Origin: a virus | Taxonomy: Duplodnaviria > Heunggongvirae > Uroviricota > Caudoviricetes | IMG/VR virus record: IMGVR_UViG_2721755712_000001 | Length of the DNA stretch: 64,000 bases | Reading direction: 5' to 3' (one strand) | In this document: one piece after another, positions 29,664 to 40,893 of the stretch | How positions within the stretch are numbered: the stretch's first letter is position 1 | Layout: each line of letters opens with the position of its first letter | Made by a program: the position numbers and the translations under genes | The notes under the pieces: generated by a model | What the model was told of the DNA's origin: nothing | What the model saw: only the letters and a program-made list of their open reading frames with translations | Database searches by the model: none

Positions 29664-30692
29664 TTACAGAGAGTCCAGCTCTCTCAGTAGGTCATCCAGA
29701 CCTTCATCTTCCGTCGCAGATGCGGTTGCTACAGATGTCGCTGCGACTGCTTCAGACTCTTTGACTGATACGGCAACGGCAGCGGAACTTGCCTCTGGTT
29801 TAAATTCAGTTTCAACGGCACGGAGGATTTCTTCATCAACCAGACTGGTTGGTTCAGAAGCCGGTGTGTGCGCGGTTGCTACAGCCGTCGCTCCTTCTGT
29901 ATGACCAGTGACAGAGCCAAATCCAGGTAGTGCCGCAGCCGATGTTTTCGCGGTTGAGGAAATTGCTGGTGCAGATGCTGCGGCAGTTGGTGCAGCGATG
30001 CCAATCAGACGACCCATAGTGCGAACTGTCGACAGAAGACGAGTTTCATCAGCCTGATTTGCGTATGCGATCAGATCATGCTGGGTGTTCCAGAATTTAT
30101 CTTCGATATCGCCTTTGTAGACTTTACGCTTAGGCGAGACGTCATATTTGGTATCGCGACCAGAGCCAGTACGTTTAATCAGGAATGCGTAGCCTTCCTC
30201 TTTGCTCAGTGGATTGCCGATATCATCAGCGATGTCTTCGGTGATTGCTTTGCAGATATCATCGAATACAGTAGACGGCAGCTCGATTAACTGGCATTTC
30301 TCAGCATCTGCGAAATCCTCACGAGCAGAAAGAATGCCGTTGACCAGGTAGCGAGGAGTGGCACGCATTTGACCGATGCGTTCTTCCATTGCTTTGTTAC
30401 CCTTGTGACGAGCGCGACCTTCCATCACCATTTCGCATAGCTGACAAGCGCGACCGTGAGTATGTTGCTCACAAATATAAGCGTTGGTTGCTTCTTTACC
30501 TTCCTCGTTCTGATACTTAACGTAGTGCATACCGAAAGTCTGGAAGAACTTACCGTTTGGGTCGTCTTTATTCGGGAAGATGCGGATATAGTTGACGCCG
30601 TCTTTTAAGCGAGTCAGATCAACGTTGTTGCCACGTTTGGCGGCAATGTCTTCACGAGTTTTGTTAAGCAAATCAAGTAATGTCTTAGACAT
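29664..30692 (-). CDS. single-stranded DNA-binding protein (gp32-like)
   Basis: C..H..C..C zinc-type cluster (CEQHTHGRACQLCE), Ala/Ser/Thr-rich linker, acidic C-terminal tail. Confidence 0.5.
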   Translation of the reverse strand: MSKTLLDLLNKTREDIAAKRGNNVDLTRLKDGVNYIRIFPNKDDPNGKFFQTFGMHYVKYQNEEGKEATNAYICEQHTHGRACQLCEMVMEGRARHKGNKAMEERIGQMRATPRYLVNGILSAREDFADAEKCQLIELPSTVFDDICKAITEDIADDIGNPLSKEEGYAFLIKRTGSGRDTKYDVSPKRKVYKGDIEDKFWNTQHDLIAYANQADETRLLSTVRTMGRLIGIAAPTAAASAPAISSTAKTSAAALPGFGSVTGHTEGATAVATAHTPASEPTSLVDEEILRAVETEFKPEASSAAVAVSVKESEAVAATSVATASATEDEGLDDLLRELDSL

Positions 30693-30809
30693 GTGTTTCT
30701 CCTTGTTGTGATTTGGCCGATGGCGCTATGCGCGTTGGGCTTTCGTTCATTCGTGGCTCTTTCGAGCTGTTAAATGATAGATCAGTGCTTACTTATTATC
30801 TATCAAAAA

Positions 30810-31241
30810 TCAACGGGGAGTAATAAAGCGTTCAGAGCCTAATCGCTCTAATTCAACGATGGCCATCTTTGACGCCTGAACGATCATGTCTCGGCGATGC
30901 GAAAAGGCGGCGACAGCATGTTTGTATATGTCTGCGATGTGCCGTGCTTCATCCAACTTCTGCCGTTTAGACAGATACTGTGGGTTTGTTTTAACCTTAG
31001 CGTCCAGTACAGACTCGTTGAACTTAATGCCGTTCATACTCAAGTTCTTACGCTCTGTGTCGTATAGCTTTGCTTCAACAGCTTCAAGGTTAAGTTTTGC
31101 CTCTGCGACATCTCGATCTGCCTGCGCTAGTTTTGACCCATACTCCATTAAAAGCCGTGGCTGTTTACGCCATACTTCCTCAAGGTTGTCGCGGTCGAAC
31201 TCCAGATCGGCCATGATTTTAGAAAAAATATCAGTGTTCAC
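30810..31241 (-). CDS. hypothetical protein
   Basis: 143-aa ORF. Confidence 0.45.
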   Translation of the reverse strand: MNTDIFSKIMADLEFDRDNLEEVWRKQPRLLMEYGSKLAQADRDVAEAKLNLEAVEAKLYDTERKNLSMNGIKFNESVLDAKVKTNPQYLSKRQKLDEARHIADIYKHAVAAFSHRRDMIVQASKMAIVELERLGSERFITPR

Positions 31242-31495
31242 TCTAATAGGTTCCTACTTATAAAATATGTATCAATTATATCAAACAGAGAACGGGTTTA
31301 TGGCGTCATGTCAACTTTGTTCAGGGGAAGATATTGAGATCACCGAAGATAATTAGTTGTCTTATTTTGGTAAGCTGTGCTGACCATCTTTAGGTCACAT
31401 ACATGAGATGGATGGGGGTGTGGCATGAACGGATGAAATTCAGTCGCCGTTGACAGATGTCAACACTGTGAATAGAATACTATTATCGGAGGCGA

Positions 31496-31720
31496 ATGAA
31501 GCAACATCCGAATAAGCATATTCAAGCAGCCATTGACTATGCATTAAGTAAAGGCTGGATCTGGGTAGCTGCTGGTGGTGCTGCACATTGTTTTTGCAGA
31601 CTGCGATGCGGTAATCCAGAAGGTGAACACAAAACTCACCAAATGAGCGTATGGTCGACTCCGGGTAATCCCGAAAACCATGCCAAACAGATCAAACGAA
31701 TGGTTGATCGTTGTAAATGA
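31496..31720 (+). CDS. hypothetical protein
   Basis: 74-aa plus-strand ORF. Confidence 0.4.
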   Translation: MKQHPNKHIQAAIDYALSKGWIWVAAGGAAHCFCRLRCGNPEGEHKTHQMSVWSTPGNPENHAKQIKRMVDRCK

Positions 31721-31780
31721 TTTCAAGGCGGCATTAGCCGCCTTTTGCAGAAACTGTCCAACTATCTTCAAAGGAAAACT

Positions 31781-32344
31781 ATGGCGCTTTATAACTTCAC
31801 TCTGACGCTCTCAGGCGTATCGTATGAGACGGAAGGACTGGAAGACGCGCTGTACCAAAACGGCTGTGACGATGCGCTAATTTGCGCATATGGAAACTCC
31901 GTCTATGTAGAATTTGACCGCGAAGCACAATCACTTGATGCAGCTATCGCATCTGCGGTCGACAATATTGAATCAGCCGGTATCGGTGCAATTGTTGAAT
32001 CCGTCGACTCGGCTCTTGTGGGCTTAAGCGATATCGCGGAACTGACAGACCTGTCTCGCCAGGCAGTGGCGTTGCTCAAAGACGGTAAGCGCGGAAGCGG
32101 CGACTTCCCTTGCCCTGTACAACGCATAAAAGGCCAGTCTCCTCTCTGGGATTGGGCTGATGTGGCTGAATGGCTCATGAATAACGGACGACTTAAAGAG
32201 GGCGATCAAATTGTCCAAAATGCCCGAACTTTGAGTAAATGGAATCTGGCGCTTCGAAACAGCGTCTCGAAAGATTTCAACGAAATAGAGCAAATTGCGG
32301 AGAAACTGATTAAACGCCGCAAAGATATTGCGAAATGCGCATAA
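31781..32344 (+). CDS. hypothetical protein
   Basis: Start moved to ATG after AAGGAAAA. Confidence 0.4.
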   Translation: MALYNFTLTLSGVSYETEGLEDALYQNGCDDALICAYGNSVYVEFDREAQSLDAAIASAVDNIESAGIGAIVESVDSALVGLSDIAELTDLSRQAVALLKDGKRGSGDFPCPVQRIKGQSPLWDWADVAEWLMNNGRLKEGDQIVQNARTLSKWNLALRNSVSKDFNEIEQIAEKLIKRRKDIAKCA

Positions 32345-32673
32345 TGATGCCCGCCAATTGGCGGGCATCTGTTCTCTGTAAAGGTGTCTGGCATCGTCTG
32401 GTTCGTTAACGTTTACTAAACCAATGGTGACAAAAATTAGTTATCTTTGAAAAATAAAGGTTGCATGAAAAGAAGGGGTATGCGTTAATAGCATCGTTGG
32501 TTTGCAAGACAGACCTTATGTAAGCAGTTTTAGTAAAGCAGTCTCAGTTCAGTGTTATCTTCTGATTTCCCTTCTTCGTGAGTCTCCTCCTTAAGTGCCT
32601 AAGTAAGTCCCAATCTATACAGATCAAATTCTCGCCGCACTATGTGGCTCACAAAATTAAGAAGGTAATATCT

Positions 32674-32889
32674 ATGTCTAATAAAATGACTGGTTTAGTA
32701 AAATGGTTTAACTCTGATAAAGGCTTTGGCTTTATTTCTCCTGCTGATGGCAGTAAAGATGTTTTTGTACATTTTTCGGCAATTCAGAGTAATAATTTCC
32801 GCACTTTGGAAGAAGGCCAGCAGGTCGAATTCTCTATCGAGAATGGTGCTAAAGGCCCAGCAGCAGCAAATGTCGTTGCTCTAAGCTGA
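32674..32889 (+). CDS. cspA: cold-shock protein (CspA family)
   Basis: [17 protein letters not shown] ... [11 protein letters not shown]1/RNP2 motifs; start moved to ATG after AAGGTAA. Confidence 0.9.
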   Translation: MSNKMTGLVKWFNSDKGFGFISPADGSKDVFVHFSAIQSNNFRTLEEGQQVEFSIENGAKGPAAANVVALS

Positions 32890-33162
32890 TTCAACGCTGA
32901 TGATCCTCATTTCTACAATAACGAAGACGGTGTAAGCCTGAGTGGATAGATTTGTAGGATTGTACAAGTTGAATAAATTAGCATGGTAAGGCCATGCTAA
33001 TTAAATCGACACAACGGCCAGTTTATTCCATAAAAGTGAATTGCCCATTGTGGCGAAATGCGGGGTTGCCGCATGAATAGTCAAAGGCAGAAGCTAACTG
33101 CCGGCATGGCAAAACAAAGTGCGTAAGAGGAGTGACTTCCTCAACAAGCGCCATAATTCTTT

Positions 33163-33190
33163 ATAAACCCGCCAACAGGCGGGTTTTCTT
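33163..33190 (+). terminator. rho-independent terminator after cspA, abutting dnaE stop
   Basis: CCCGCCAACAGGCGGG plus TTTTCTTT. Confidence 0.6.
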
Positions 33191-33192
33191 TA

Positions 33193-36100
33193 TTACTTAT
33201 TTATTGTCTCCGCGATATCAGCCAGAATGGCCTCCAGTCGCTCTCCTTCTTCCGGTCGGAAGTACAGGATATTCGGGTTAAATCCGTAGAAGACGGTTGC
33301 ATCAAGCTCTGGGAAGTACTCCTTACGACCAATCAGATCTGATGGTTTACTCTTATTGTTAAATAGTGCGGTTGAACGACTACCACACGTCAAAATGTAG
33401 GTTGGTCGTACAAGATTAATTTCTTCCCGCATAAAGTCTGTGAACTGGCCTATCTCGTCTTTGGTATAGTCTTTCTCTTTGTCCTTAACCTTCTTACAAA
33501 CACCCGTGACATAAAGATCGCCCATGCGCAGATCTCCAACTGTCAGTAGTTTTGCCTTAAAGTCGTCGTATCCGTTCTCCATGAAGTAGCCGGTACGAGC
33601 GTCATTGCCGTTCGCATTGTCCAGAATGATCATGATTTTGGGTTTAATACCAATAGTCGGGCGTATCAACTCCTCACCCAAGCCCATTTCAGCCGCCATA
33701 CGTGTCATGAGTACGTTGATTTCGGCAGAACGCTTAGGATTCATTTCGAACGGACGTGATGCTTTAACAGCGTCAATGATGAGATTGCCCATCAGCTCAG
33801 CCTGGTCGCGCAGTCGTTCAGGATCAGTTGCTGGCAGACTGCCTGGCTCAATTGACGCAAAAGCCCCTACTTTATGAAGCGACTCGCGTACACGACTGTT
33901 ACATGCACGCTTCTCGACCGCTTCATCGAATTGTGCCACTGACTCGAATTTGCCACCAACTTTCTCACGCGCACGCATAATTGCCTGACAACCATTTTCA
34001 GAACAGCCTTTCACAGCAGAGAATGGCGCATACAGTGCCTGACTGCCGTCTTCGAGTGTGCGGATCTCAATTCGGTTAGATGACACATTAACGTCTGGTG
34101 GCAATACGCGAATGCCATAGGTCAGCGCATCCTTCACCAGCCCCTGATGCTTATCCTCGCCCAGAATGGTGAGCGCAGCTGCGAAGAACTCAGCAGGGTA
34201 GTGCGTCTTTAGCCACATAGACTGATAACTGATTAAAGAATAAGCAACGGAGTGTGATTTATTGAACTGATAGGCTCCGTTTTTCTCAAATGCGGTCCAG
34301 ATCTCCTTCGCTTTCATCTCTGATAGCCCTGGATGTGACGCTGTAACGCGTACTGCGTTTATAGGTAGTTTTGCGCCGTGCTCAAGTGCCTCTTCGACAG
34401 TTTTCAGAGTTCCGTCTTCGCATTTAAAATGTTCCGCACGGTGAATGCGCTGTGTAGTGCCATCTTCCAGCTCAACGTCTATCCAGCCAGCTTGAGCCTG
34501 AACGATGAACTTCTCGCCCATGCTCTTCATTTTTTCCATGTTCTTCTTACCGATTGCGGAACGCACAGCGTCAGCTTCAGCCATTGTGAAGCCGGCAAGC
34601 AATCGAGTCGCGTTCATCGTCTGTTCCTGATAGAGAATCACGCCATTTGTTTCCGCGGTAAGTTCATCAAGAACGGGGTGTAATGATTCCGGCGTCATAA
34701 AGCCTTTGGCGACAGAAACATAGTCATCCAACATGCCTGATTGAATTGGCCCCGGCCGGAAGAGCGCAGTTGTAGCGACGACCGTTTTAAAGCTCATTGG
34801 CTCAATTCCACCACCTAAATCTTTAAGCAGCTTGCGCATTGGGCCTGATTCAAGCTGGAAAACACCTTGAGTGTACCCAGCAGCAAAACCATCCAGCACC
34901 TTGCGATCTTCAAGAGAAATGGCATCAAGATTGATATCTTCACCTGTGTTCTCTTTTATGTAGCGTTTTGCACTATCGAGCAAATCGAGAGTTGCCAGGC
35001 CAAGCACGTCCAGCTTAATTAGGCCCATAGCCTCGCAGTAACGCTTGTCAAATGCGATACAACGCGCGTCACCACGGCGCTCAACCGGTGTACGTTCTGT
35101 CAGAGGAACACCTGCTACGATCATCCCTGCCGCATGTCTACCAAAGCCACGCATAAGGCTTTGTAACTTGCAGGCTGCATTGAATGCATCAGGATATTTT
35201 GTTGCGTATTTGTCGAGACTTGCCAGTTGTTCGCGCAGCTCTTCCAATGGAAGGCTATCATCCTCGACGTTCTTCAGTTCTTTTGATACCGCCATATCTG
35301 CGGACTCCACACCATAAATACGAGCGGTATCACGTAGTGCAGAGGCTGCGCCCAGGTAGGTGAAGTTCGGAATACCCGCAACGTAATCTTCGCCGTAGCG
35401 TTCATTCAGATACTCGATCACCTCATGGCGACGTGCCTGGCTGAAGTCCAAGTCCGCATCCGGCAAGTCGAGACGCTCAGGGTTGATGAAACGCTCAAAC
35501 AGAAGACCGTGACGGATTGGGTCGACGTTGGTTATGCCTATGCACCACGCCACCAGAGAACCGGCAGAGGAACCACGACCAGGCCCAACGGGAATGCCAG
35601 TTTCACGACTATGATTCATCAGATCGCGTACCATCAGGAAGTAACCACAAAATCCCAGGCGAGTCAGCGTGTCCATTTCGTACTTTAGCCGCTCAACATA
35701 AACCCTGTTCTCAGAAGCAGGTGGTGTGTAGCCAAACTCTTTTGTGGTAAGACGTTTACGCAGCCCTGCAACAGCCAGTTTCATAAGCGTTGCAGGCTCG
35801 TCGTCTGCCATCTTTGGCAGTGCTGGCGGCAATTCATGCCAGCGCCATGTGCAGGCATCGATAATGGTATCCTGCGTTGTTGAGGCCATTGCAGCTGTTA
35901 CCGGCACATCCATGCGAACGGAGAAGGCTTTAAGCGCCTCAAGGAGATGGCGGCGACCATTGACGGCGTTATCTCGCTGGTGGGGGATACGCAGACGATG
36001 CGGCTGGTCGATTTTGATGTTGTTCGTAACCATGTGCGCAATGTCTTTAATGTCTGCATCGTCGATCGATTCGTAATAAGCGGGATAGAACGCCACTGGC

Positions 36101-36711
36101 TCTATTTTCAATGCGCTGGCGACTTTCATCGCCCGGACGTTAATCTGGTCGTAGAATGGGGTAGGGTGCGGATAAACCACACTATAGAAGTTGTCTTTTC
36201 CACCCGCTGTAATCAGTGTGCTTATGATTTTTGCAAAATCGTTGCGTTGGAACACGCTACCGATGTCGGAAGTAAGCAGGATGATGTTGCCTTTGGCATA
36301 TGTAGAAACCAACTGTTCGAGCGAGAGACGCGGTACAAAGTAGAACTGTTCTCGTGTGTTGGCCACCGTCATTAGTTCGCAGATGTCGCGATATCCTTGC
36401 TCATTTTTAATTAGAGCGGTAAACGAGTAGTTACGTCCCCGCTCTAATGATTCCATACATCTCATAGATTCTTTAGCAAGTTTAGCCCGGTGCTCGTATG
36501 TGGGATCATCAACAATGTTTAGTTTCACACCACAAATAACCGCCATGTCGTCACCAGCGGCACGTTGTAGTGGAATAACGCTCGCAATATTCATGCTATC
36601 TGCTGAAATTACAGCGGTGTAGCCAGCTTCTCTGGCAATCTTCACCGCGTTTTCTGCTTTTAGAGCCGACTCCCCAAGTGAGAAGTCAGTTCGAACCATC
36701 AGTGCTTTCAT
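33193..36711 (-). CDS. dnaE: DNA polymerase III alpha-type replicative polymerase (DnaE family)
   Basis: N-terminal PHP-like region; GPGRGSSAGSLVAWCIGITNVDP...LLFERFINPER core; 1172 aa. Confidence 0.9.
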   Translation of the reverse strand: MKALMVRTDFSLGESALKAENAVKIAREAGYTAVISADSMNIASVIPLQRAAGDDMAVICGVKLNIVDDPTYEHRAKLAKESMRCMESLERGRNYSFTALIKNEQGYRDICELMTVANTREQFYFVPRLSLEQLVSTYAKGNIILLTSDIGSVFQRNDFAKIISTLITAGGKDNFYSVVYPHPTPFYDQINVRAMKVASALKIEPVAFYPAYYESIDDADIKDIAHMVTNNIKIDQPHRLRIPHQRDNAVNGRRHLLEALKAFSVRMDVPVTAAMASTTQDTIIDACTWRWHELPPALPKMADDEPATLMKLAVAGLRKRLTTKEFGYTPPASENRVYVERLKYEMDTLTRLGFCGYFLMVRDLMNHSRETGIPVGPGRGSSAGSLVAWCIGITNVDPIRHGLLFERFINPERLDLPDADLDFSQARRHEVIEYLNERYGEDYVAGIPNFTYLGAASALRDTARIYGVESADMAVSKELKNVEDDSLPLEELREQLASLDKYATKYPDAFNAACKLQSLMRGFGRHAAGMIVAGVPLTERTPVERRGDARCIAFDKRYCEAMGLIKLDVLGLATLDLLDSAKRYIKENTGEDINLDAISLEDRKVLDGFAAGYTQGVFQLESGPMRKLLKDLGGGIEPMSFKTVVATTALFRPGPIQSGMLDDYVSVAKGFMTPESLHPVLDELTAETNGVILYQEQTMNATRLLAGFTMAEADAVRSAIGKKNMEKMKSMGEKFIVQAQAGWIDVELEDGTTQRIHRAEHFKCEDGTLKTVEEALEHGAKLPINAVRVTASHPGLSEMKAKEIWTAFEKNGAYQFNKSHSVAYSLISYQSMWLKTHYPAEFFAAALTILGEDKHQGLVKDALTYGIRVLPPDVNVSSNRIEIRTLEDGSQALYAPFSAVKGCSENGCQAIMRAREKVGGKFESVAQFDEAVEKRACNSRVRESLHKVGAFASIEPGSLPATDPERLRDQAELMGNLIIDAVKASRPFEMNPKRSAEINVLMTRMAAEMGLGEELIRPTIGIKPKIMIILDNANGNDARTGYFMENGYDDFKAKLLTVGDLRMGDLYVTGVCKKVKDKEKDYTKDEIGQFTDFMREEINLVRPTYILTCGSRSTALFNNKSKPSDLIGRKEYFPELDATVFYGFNPNILYFRPEEGERLEAILADIAETINK

Positions 36712-36895
36712 GTGTTTTTACCTTTATGGTTTTTTTGATTTTGTCATTGGGGAAGCCTACGAACTTCCCATACATCGAAATCGCAACTTCTTTTGCTGAT
36801 TGGTGACAATCGGGCTTGTCTGGACATACCAGACAAGCCTTACCAGTTTCAGAAGCAGCGATAAGAGAGCCGAAACATCCTTTACGCACGATCAA
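36686..36895 (-). CDS. small Cys-rich protein
   Basis: 69 aa, four Cys in C-x13-C-x2-C-x5-C pattern; overlaps dnaE start. Confidence 0.3.
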   Translation of the reverse strand: MIVRKGCFGSLIAASETGKACLVCPDKPDCHQSAKEVAISMYGKFVGFPNDKIKKTIKVKTHESTDGSN

Positions 36896-38127
36896 CCAAA
36901 TATTTTTTGAACAACTTCACGAGCCGCTTGTGCAGAAGCTGAAGGGAGTTTGTTAATGAAAGAACGCTCAATACCTGTCACAAAGTCGCCTCGCATCATT
37001 CCAATCTTGGCCGACAACAAAAGTTCACGAGGGCCAATTGGCTGACTGATAAGGTGCTCTTCGTATCCATCGCGAACGATACCGGCAAACTTAACCATCT
37101 TTTCTGCGTATTCATCCACGATACCGGCATTTATCAACATGTTGATCTCTGCCTCTTTGCTCATGTATTTCACATTCGAAACGATGCCAAAACGCGAAAA
37201 GTTCGCGGCGTTCTGGATGTTTGTACCCTGGTACAAGCCGGTTTCATCACCAGATCCGTTCGTGTTGCCAGTGCCAATGAAAGCAAACCGTTCATGCGGA
37301 GTAATGCGACGCCATTCTGGAGTCGCCTCTTTGATGACCAACGCTTCACCTTCCAGCACTGGCTGATACACGCCAAGAATCTGTGGAAACGCAAAGTCGT
37401 ATTCATCCGCGAGGTAAACCCAGCCATGCTTCATTGCGAGCGCAAGCAAGCCAGGCTCGAAATACGTAGAGCCATCACGCGCCAGAATTTGCCCCGTAAC
37501 ATGTGCCTCTTCCATTGATGCTGTATGTTGGGCACGGATCAACGGACGATTGAGCAAAGCACATAGTTGTGTAGGCAATGACGATTTGCCTGTTCCTGCA
37601 TGACCCCACAAATAGCCAGGTATGCCAAGTTCAAGCATCATGAAAATGTCTTTGATCAGTTCGAAGTCGCCATATACGTAGCCCTTCTTCACTTCTGGAA
37701 CGAACTCTGGAAACGGCGTATTGACGTTGACGCTAACCATGAGCGGCGTCCCACGTTTTGTTCCGAGTTCTTTCACCGTTACATTTAGCAGTTCGTGAGC
37801 TGCGACCAGATCTGTCTTGTACTCAACTGTGCCTGTGTAGCCTGGGCTACTGGTCACGCCAGATGATTTGGCCATTTCGCTTTTTTGCTCGGCACGTTTA
37901 GCTTGAATTGCATCAAGTGCCTTTTTCGATAGCGTTGGCTCATCTGGAAACTGTGTTGTGTACATTTTCAGTACGGTGTCAGGATCGGCATCTTTTACTG
38001 ACTCAGGAATGCCCTCGCAATTACCATTGGCTACATGGGACTTAAAATAGTGAAATGATTTTCCGCACCACTTGCAAACAAGGTAATCAGAAGGATTTTT
38101 TTCATTTTGCAGTGCAGTAGTAGTCAT
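36892..38127 (-). CDS. CobS-like AAA+ ATPase (MoxR family)
   Basis: Walker A GHAGTGKSS; paired with VWA protein. Confidence 0.7.
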   Translation of the reverse strand: MTTTALQNEKNPSDYLVCKWCGKSFHYFKSHVANGNCEGIPESVKDADPDTVLKMYTTQFPDEPTLSKKALDAIQAKRAEQKSEMAKSSGVTSSPGYTGTVEYKTDLVAAHELLNVTVKELGTKRGTPLMVSVNVNTPFPEFVPEVKKGYVYGDFELIKDIFMMLELGIPGYLWGHAGTGKSSLPTQLCALLNRPLIRAQHTASMEEAHVTGQILARDGSTYFEPGLLALAMKHGWVYLADEYDFAFPQILGVYQPVLEGEALVIKEATPEWRRITPHERFAFIGTGNTNGSGDETGLYQGTNIQNAANFSRFGIVSNVKYMSKEAEINMLINAGIVDEYAEKMVKFAGIVRDGYEEHLISQPIGPRELLLSAKIGMMRGDFVTGIERSFINKLPSASAQAAREVVQKIFG

Positions 38128-38222
38128 GCGTTTTTCCTTTGTTTTCTAATGAGCGTTCAACTTCTTATATAAATATATCATTATCTATCGTAAGTGGTTA
38201 CTTATCGTTAAGGCTGTTTTGT

Positions 38223-40331
38223 TCACTTTAAAATGATACGAGATAGTTCAGTAACTACAGATGAACCAAGACTATCAACGCTCGTTACCAGGGCATGATT
38301 TGAGTAAAATCTCTCCGGTGCGTCAGTCATGATGCCAATTGCCATCAAATCAATGTCAGTCTGCGTTTCAATTTGCTTCGCAACCGAACGCAAATGAGCG
38401 TCAAAACCTCTCCCAACAGCCCACGGCTCGCCATCGCTCAGAACAAGCATGATCTTCCTGTCCTCCATGCGACCGGAAAATAACGATGCAAGGCTGGCTA
38501 TGCTTTCACCATCCACGTTATTAAGAAGTGGGAATGTGTAGCCTACGCACCCCATACGTGAGCGAACTTCGCGAGAATTTACCTTTTCATTCCAATTTTT
38601 GATGATAGGTAGCATTAAAGATTCAAAGCGAGAGAACTCATACTTGACAGCCTTAAGTTCTCCTGCCGCCATATGACTACCAAATGTAGTGAAGCCTGTG
38701 ATAATGTTGGGAACATTTATTCGATCAAGGGCATCGGCGATGGTATATGCACTTGCAAGAGCCAATTGTATCGTTATACCCCTCATTGAACCTGATAAAT
38801 CAATCACTTGTTGAACACAGGCGTTAACGGCTTTAGATTCTTCTTTTTTACGAAACACGCGATCATCATTCATTGCTAATCTGTAGATACTAGAACCATG
38901 AATGCGCCCCCGACGCTGGCCCGGTATAAACTGAACTCTGTTTCTGCTTGCTATTGCTCGCTCCAGGTCTTTTGCCAGCGTCGACGAAACACCTGACGAA
39001 AGATGCTTTTCAATATATTTGTCGAAGAGCTGGTTGCCTTCAGGAACGATGCGATAGCGGCTGATTGGACATCCTCCTAAATCAATATCGGAGAATGTTT
39101 TAATAAGCCGTTTGATATGGGCTTCTGCCTGATCAATCGAGCCGATGAAGTCGTATGAGCGATTGTATGGCCTGTATTCGCTTTTCGAGCTTTCTGTTAA
39201 CTCGCTTTTAATCGTTTCGGATAGAGCATCTTCTGTCATGCCTCCGACTTCATCTTCTATGCTATCCAGCTCCTCTAAAGCCTCTTCCAGACTCATTTTT
39301 GACGGAGTTGGGATATCTGAAGAGCCGTCTTCTGTCGTTTTTCTTTTTTCGTGGTCAGCGGTTAATGATTCTGACGCCGCGTTATCAGAAGCATCAGAAT
39401 CTGATACCTCTTTATCATTTTCTGTATCATCGAATATTGTTTCTGATGATTCAGATAATTCTGAATCATCACTGTTGTTATTATCATGTTTGTGCTTACT
39501 ATGTGATTCTGATTTGATAGATTTGTGGTTATCTAACGATGAAGATGTCTCATGATCTTCGTTGTCTTCATTGTTTTCTCCAGAGGCATCCGTCTGGTCA
39601 GCGTCTGAAGGATCGGAAGTTTTTCCCGGAGCTGACTCCTTACCATTGCTTTCACTTTCAGTGTCTTTGAGGATCTTAGCTATGGTCGCAGCCACCTTTA
39701 CACAATCCTCGGTGCAAGACATGTTACGCACGGCCACATCGATACCATGTTCTTTTAATAATGAAATTGGTTTCTCAATGACAGGCCAGTATTCATCCAT
39801 GAAATCTACGAACGGTGCTTGGCCATCCCAGGCTCTTACAACCGGACAGAGAAAGAAGTTTAGAAAAAGCGCGCGCTGATCTTTGCCACAATAAGCAATA
39901 GCCTCTGAAGCCTTTGGTTTAAAGACTTTTTCGATTATAAGGCGCTGAGTTGCCATCAGATTACGTCTTGTTCCGTTAAAGACCTGACCCATTTTTCGCT
40001 CGATGAACACGTCTTCTAAGGCATTCCATAGCGACCAGGAAGGAACGCGTCCTTTTTCTCTCATTTTGTTGGACACACGAATATCGGTAAACAAAATGTG
40101 AGCAACCTCATGATCGAGAAATCCGCGCACAGCATTCATCAATGCCGGTGTTGCGTTATCCGGGATTGATGGGATGTTTACGAGAATTGGCTCTCCATCA
40201 TCGTTATAGCGTACATAAGCGTCGTCCCCTCGTTCTGCAACAGGGATGTTTTTACCTGAAAGGAGAGCGACTACTCGTTTTACACTGTCACGGAAGTCCT
40301 GAACCTCTTTGATGGAACGTTTTTTAGACAT
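38223..40331 (-). CDS. CobT-like von Willebrand factor A domain protein
   Basis: Long acidic low-complexity linker; C-terminal VWA with MIDAS DLSGSM. Confidence 0.7.
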   Translation of the reverse strand: MSKKRSIKEVQDFRDSVKRVVALLSGKNIPVAERGDDAYVRYNDDGEPILVNIPSIPDNATPALMNAVRGFLDHEVAHILFTDIRVSNKMREKGRVPSWSLWNALEDVFIERKMGQVFNGTRRNLMATQRLIIEKVFKPKASEAIAYCGKDQRALFLNFFLCPVVRAWDGQAPFVDFMDEYWPVIEKPISLLKEHGIDVAVRNMSCTEDCVKVAATIAKILKDTESESNGKESAPGKTSDPSDADQTDASGENNEDNEDHETSSSLDNHKSIKSESHSKHKHDNNNSDDSELSESSETIFDDTENDKEVSDSDASDNAASESLTADHEKRKTTEDGSSDIPTPSKMSLEEALEELDSIEDEVGGMTEDALSETIKSELTESSKSEYRPYNRSYDFIGSIDQAEAHIKRLIKTFSDIDLGGCPISRYRIVPEGNQLFDKYIEKHLSSGVSSTLAKDLERAIASRNRVQFIPGQRRGRIHGSSIYRLAMNDDRVFRKKEESKAVNACVQQVIDLSGSMRGITIQLALASAYTIADALDRINVPNIITGFTTFGSHMAAGELKAVKYEFSRFESLMLPIIKNWNEKVNSREVRSRMGCVGYTFPLLNNVDGESIASLASLFSGRMEDRKIMLVLSDGEPWAVGRGFDAHLRSVAKQIETQTDIDLMAIGIMTDAPERFYSNHALVTSVDSLGSSVVTELSRIILK

Positions 40332-40429
40332 GGCTAATCCTTTGTTATGAAAACAAATTATTTACTAGTGTGTTTAATGTAGCACTGCGCGAACAGGGAA
40401 CTAAGCCATTCGCGCAGGGAGAAGAGGGG

Positions 40430-40642
40430 TTAACAGATTCTGACGGCTAAAGACCCGGAGCCGGTATTGAGAAGCGTGAAGCGTTTGTTGTTAAGTTCGA
40501 ATATAAATCCAGTTGTGTCATTCACACCAACCTGAATCTGCTCATTCGGTAGATCGGTGAGGATGTCAGCTACACACTCATCAACTAATTTCTGTACGTG
40601 TCCGATCTCAAGAGCGATTAGGCTGGAAATAGTGGTGTTCAT
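40430..40642 (-). CDS. small hypothetical protein
   Basis: 70-aa ORF. Confidence 0.3.
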   Translation of the reverse strand: MNTTISSLIALEIGHVQKLVDECVADILTDLPNEQIQVGVNDTTGFIFELNNKRFTLLNTGSGSLAVRIC

Positions 40643-40893
40643 TCAATCAATCCATTCTAACTTATACTATGGTAAGGAATACTACTAAAATTTGTATCAA
40701 TACTGAATACATTCATATCATATGCAAGTTGATTTTCTTACCTATTTTTGGCTAATTTTTCTCCGTGCAATGGCCTTTAACCGGTCTTTTAAGTGCCTAT
40801 CGAAAAAAATGATAATAGCTTTACAACCCTAACCTTTGATGTAATATCGGTAAGCACTTACCAGAGAGAATTGAACGCGCAAAGGTTGTAACC

